From: an uncultured Planctomycetota bacterium
GTDB lineage: Bacteria > Planctomycetota > Planctomycetia > Isosphaerales > Isosphaeraceae
Reading direction: 5' to 3'
DNA length: 64,000 bases
Assembly (NCBI GenBank): GCA_963823665.1
Contig: CAWGMQ010000011.1
Coordinates: forward strand, 32,001-96,000
Shown here: positions 61,524 through 64,000 of the stretch, in pieces
Position numbering within the stretch: the first letter of the stretch is position 1
Layout: every line of letters starts with the position of its first letter
Program-made: the position numbers and the translations under genes
The notes under the pieces: generated by a model
Database searches by the model: none
What the model was told of the DNA's origin: nothing
Seen by the model: the letters and a program-made list of their open reading frames with translations, nothing else

Positions 61524-62156
61524 TCAGAACCGCAAGTGGAAATCCCACCAGCCAGTCAGCAGAAGGATGGCGATCCAGAACCATCCGAGCACACGGCCGG
61601 CGCGGTCGACCCATCCGCGCTCGGGCTTCCATGCTCCACTGGCCAGCAAGTATATCCAGCTCGCCGCGACCGACGCGCCGACGAGCGCCATCGTGCCCAG
61701 GAAGTGATCGAGCTCGAAACGAAGATTCCAGGAAGGTTGCCCCAGGAAGGCTCCACCTCCGCCCGTGCGCCGCACGCTCAAGCTCCATAGCTTCGGCTGA
61801 CCGAAGATGCGCACACACATCGTCGCGAAGCCAAGAAGACGCACCGCCAAAACCACGGCGGCCACGAGCCCAGCCACGAACCCCGGCTGCCGGAGGAGGC
61901 GGCGCCAGCGTGGGTGAGGTGTGCGGAGTCTTAAACCGAGTATTGCCAGGGTCCAAGCCATAACGATCGGGGACGCGAGCACCAGGCAATTCCAGACGCA
62001 ACGAATCCACCCAGAAAACCTGGGCGCAGTTGCGTCAGGCGGAGTCCAGTCGAGCGACGTAACTGCATAGTACGGCCGGAGCACGAACAGTCCGACGGCC
62101 GTGGCGGCGACCAGGACGATTGCGTCGGAAAGGAGGAACCTGCGTCGGGTGGTCAT
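61524..62156 (-). CDS. Hypothetical membrane protein (paralog B1)
   Basis: Same motifs as 60809-61441. Confidence 0.82.
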   Translation of the reverse strand: MTTRRRFLLSDAIVLVAATAVGLFVLRPYYAVTSLDWTPPDATAPRFSGWIRCVWNCLVLASPIVMAWTLAILGLRLRTPHPRWRRLLRQPGFVAGLVAAVVLAVRLLGFATMCVRIFGQPKLWSLSVRRTGGGGAFLGQPSWNLRFELDHFLGTMALVGASVAASWIYLLASGAWKPERGWVDRAGRVLGWFWIAILLLTGWWDFHLRF

Positions 62157-62412
62157 GCGGAGAATCTCCCGCGCGCGGACGGGCTCCGGGTTTGGTCGAC
62201 GGTAGAATGTCGGAGGGCATGGTCGAAATTGCGCCCGAGGCGCATTCGATCGGACGCCGGGTGGTTCGTCAAGCGCCTGGACATCCGGGCGGCCTTGTCG
62301 TACAAAAGAACATGGTCCGCCTGATGCGATTTCCCCCCTGGAATGACCGAGCCAGATGAATCCAGCGCCCGCTGGAGCCTTGGCCGGGATGCAGAGAACG
62401 AGGACGCGAGCC

Positions 62413-63333
62413 ATGTCGTGGCGATTTCTGGCAGCGACCGGAACACTCATCGTCTTGTTGGGATCCGCCGGGGCTCTGCGAGCTCAGGATCCGCCCGCGT
62501 CGAGCAAGGCAGACGGCAACGCGAAGGCCGCTGAGCCGGCTCAACCGGCATCTGAAGAGACCAAAGCGACAACGGCGAAACCGGCGGGCAAGCAGGCGAA
62601 AGCTTCGACGGCCAGCAAGGCGAAGTCCAGGAAGAGCAACACGCGGAGCAATTCAGACACATCGACGAGCTCGCGGTCATCGGAACCCAAGTACGAGCTG
62701 GCCACGTTCGGGGCAGGCTGTTTCTGGCATGTCGAAGCCGATTTCGAGCGGCTGAACGGGGTGGTCTCGGCCGTCTCGGGCTATGCGGGCGGAAATGTCA
62801 GGAATCCGAATTACGAGATGGTGCACGAAGGGTTCACCGGGCACGCCGAAGTAGTAATGGTGCAGTACGATCCCGATATCATCAGCTACGAAGACCTGCT
62901 CAAGGTATTCTGGCAGTGCCACGACCCGACCACGCCAAACCGGCAGGGGCCTGACGTGGGGACCCAGTATCGTTCGATCATCCTCTACCACAATCAGGAA
63001 CAAAAGAAGGCCGCGCTCAAGTCGTATGACCAGCTTGTCGAGGCGCGGGCGTTTCGCAATGCGATCGTCACCCAACTTGTGCCGCTCAAGACGTTTTATC
63101 GCGCTGAGGATGAGCATCAGGATTATTACGGCGGCAAGCCGCGAACGTCGTCGCGACGGCGCACGGCAAGCTCTGCGAAATCCAAGAAGCCAATGTCGAA
63201 GGTGGCCAAGGCGCTGGCGAAGAAGCCGGCGGATGATGCGGCGGTTGAAGCGCAGACCGGTGATTCGAAAGACGGCGAAGCCAAGCAAGCCGGCGATGCA
63301 GGGACGGCCAAGGGAGCGGAAGGGAAGCCGTAG
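62413..63333 (+). CDS. msrA: Peptide-methionine (S)-S-oxide reductase, exported, with low-complexity extensions
   Basis: FGAGCFW, SGYAGG, TGHAEVV, HDPT, RQGPDVGTQYRS, AEDEHQDY; signal peptide ending ALRA. Confidence 0.94.
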   Translation: MSWRFLAATGTLIVLLGSAGALRAQDPPASSKADGNAKAAEPAQPASEETKATTAKPAGKQAKASTASKAKSRKSNTRSNSDTSTSSRSSEPKYELATFGAGCFWHVEADFERLNGVVSAVSGYAGGNVRNPNYEMVHEGFTGHAEVVMVQYDPDIISYEDLLKVFWQCHDPTTPNRQGPDVGTQYRSIILYHNQEQKKAALKSYDQLVEARAFRNAIVTQLVPLKTFYRAEDEHQDYYGGKPRTSSRRRTASSAKSKKPMSKVAKALAKKPADDAAVEAQTGDSKDGEAKQAGDAGTAKGAEGKP

Positions 63334-63446
63334 CGCCGTTCTGACGCAAGGGCTCGGTGGCGTTGATTTCGGCGGCGTTCCAGATTGAGAAAGCGATCGG
63401 CAGAGTGGTCGCGCCGCGAGCGCACGGGGCTGCTCGCTCACATTCT

Positions 63447-64000
63447 CTACGCCGACGGAGTTGCGATCGCCGCCGGCGCGAGGATCTCGCGTTCTCTCTT
63501 CGCCTTCTTGGCGGCTTTCTCGTCGGGAAGGAATACGGGCTTGTGGGTGGTGCCGTGGACCATGGCGTCGACCGTGGTCGCGAGTGTGCCGCCGGCCATC
63601 CGCCCGGCGATGCGGTCAAAGCGGAAACTGGTGTCGGCGACCAGCACGATTGTCAGCAGCAGCGTGGTCAGGTTCGTCGTCAGGTCCCAACCCATCTGGA
63701 AACTCATGGGGAACCATGGGCGCGCATTCGCCGGAATCAGACTGTATGACATCAAGAGCGCGAAAATGCTCATGCAGGCCAAGAAGACGAAGCCGATGAT
63801 CGCAATCGCGACAAAACCGATCACGAGCCAGGCGCCCAGACGGACGCCGATCGTCCAGCTCATGGCGCGTGTGGCCGTTGGCATCGACAGCGAAAAACGC
63901 ACTCCGACGGCGGCCATGAAGCACCCCATCACGAAGGTTCCAATCAGCCAGATTACATATGCGTGGATGCTCACTGCTTGCACGACGACCGCCAGCGTCC
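63447..64000 (-). CDS. 3' end of a polytopic membrane protein, possibly ABC-2-type permease; truncated by window edge
   Basis: Hydrophobic helices; AAVGVRFSL...ATRA; RFDRIAGR near the end. Confidence 0.55.
   Translation of the reverse strand, partial: TLAVVVQAVSIHAYVIWLIGTFVMGCFMAAVGVRFSLSMPTATRAMSWTIGVRLGAWLVIGFVAIAIIGFVFLACMSIFALLMSYSLIPANARPWFPMSFQMGWDLTTNLTTLLLTIVLVADTSFRFDRIAGRMAGGTLATTVDAMVHGTTHKPVFLPDEKAAKKAKREREILAPAAIATPSA

Noticed and set aside
1..64000. tRNA, rRNA, prophage or integrase
   Set aside because: No recognisable signatures by eye; a tRNAscan/Rfam run would be needed to exclude small RNAs

Overview
GC-rich bacterial DNA. Gene content (TIGR03067-type protein, LEPR-xLL exported proteins, kinase-linked and C-terminally extended ECF sigma factors, Uma2, BlaI/M56) points to Planctomycetota, probably Isosphaeraceae-like; this is an inference. 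Main contents: (1) an IS66 element (1440-4069) with terminal inverted repeats and an unusual 7-bp target duplication, splitting a membrane-protein gene; (2) a Ser/Thr kinase and a ~3,530-aa adhesin-like protein with 24 Ig-like repeats showing a 5-unit (1581-bp) higher-order period; (3) a REP/tandem-repeat-rich intergenic region that is not a CRISPR; (4) the most interesting locus, an ~10.5-kb operon (18679-29179): ECF sigma factor; zinc-finger anti-sigma/non-RD kinase/TM/DUF4384 protein; two exported TPR-CHAT caspase-like proteases; stand-alone DUF4384 lipoprotein. It is bracketed by a duplicated REP plus ECF-type promoter motif (TGnAAG-N16-CGTwA). (5) A second kinase-TPR/ECF module, an extended ECF, a BlaI/BlaR1-like pair with visible operators, metabolic genes (folD, msrA, epimerases, PQQ-dehydrogenase/cytochrome c) and tandem paralog pairs. 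About 16 apparent frameshifts in 10 genes suggest long-read indel errors, so broken genes are not necessarily pseudogenes. Domain names come from motif recognition by eye, not database searches.
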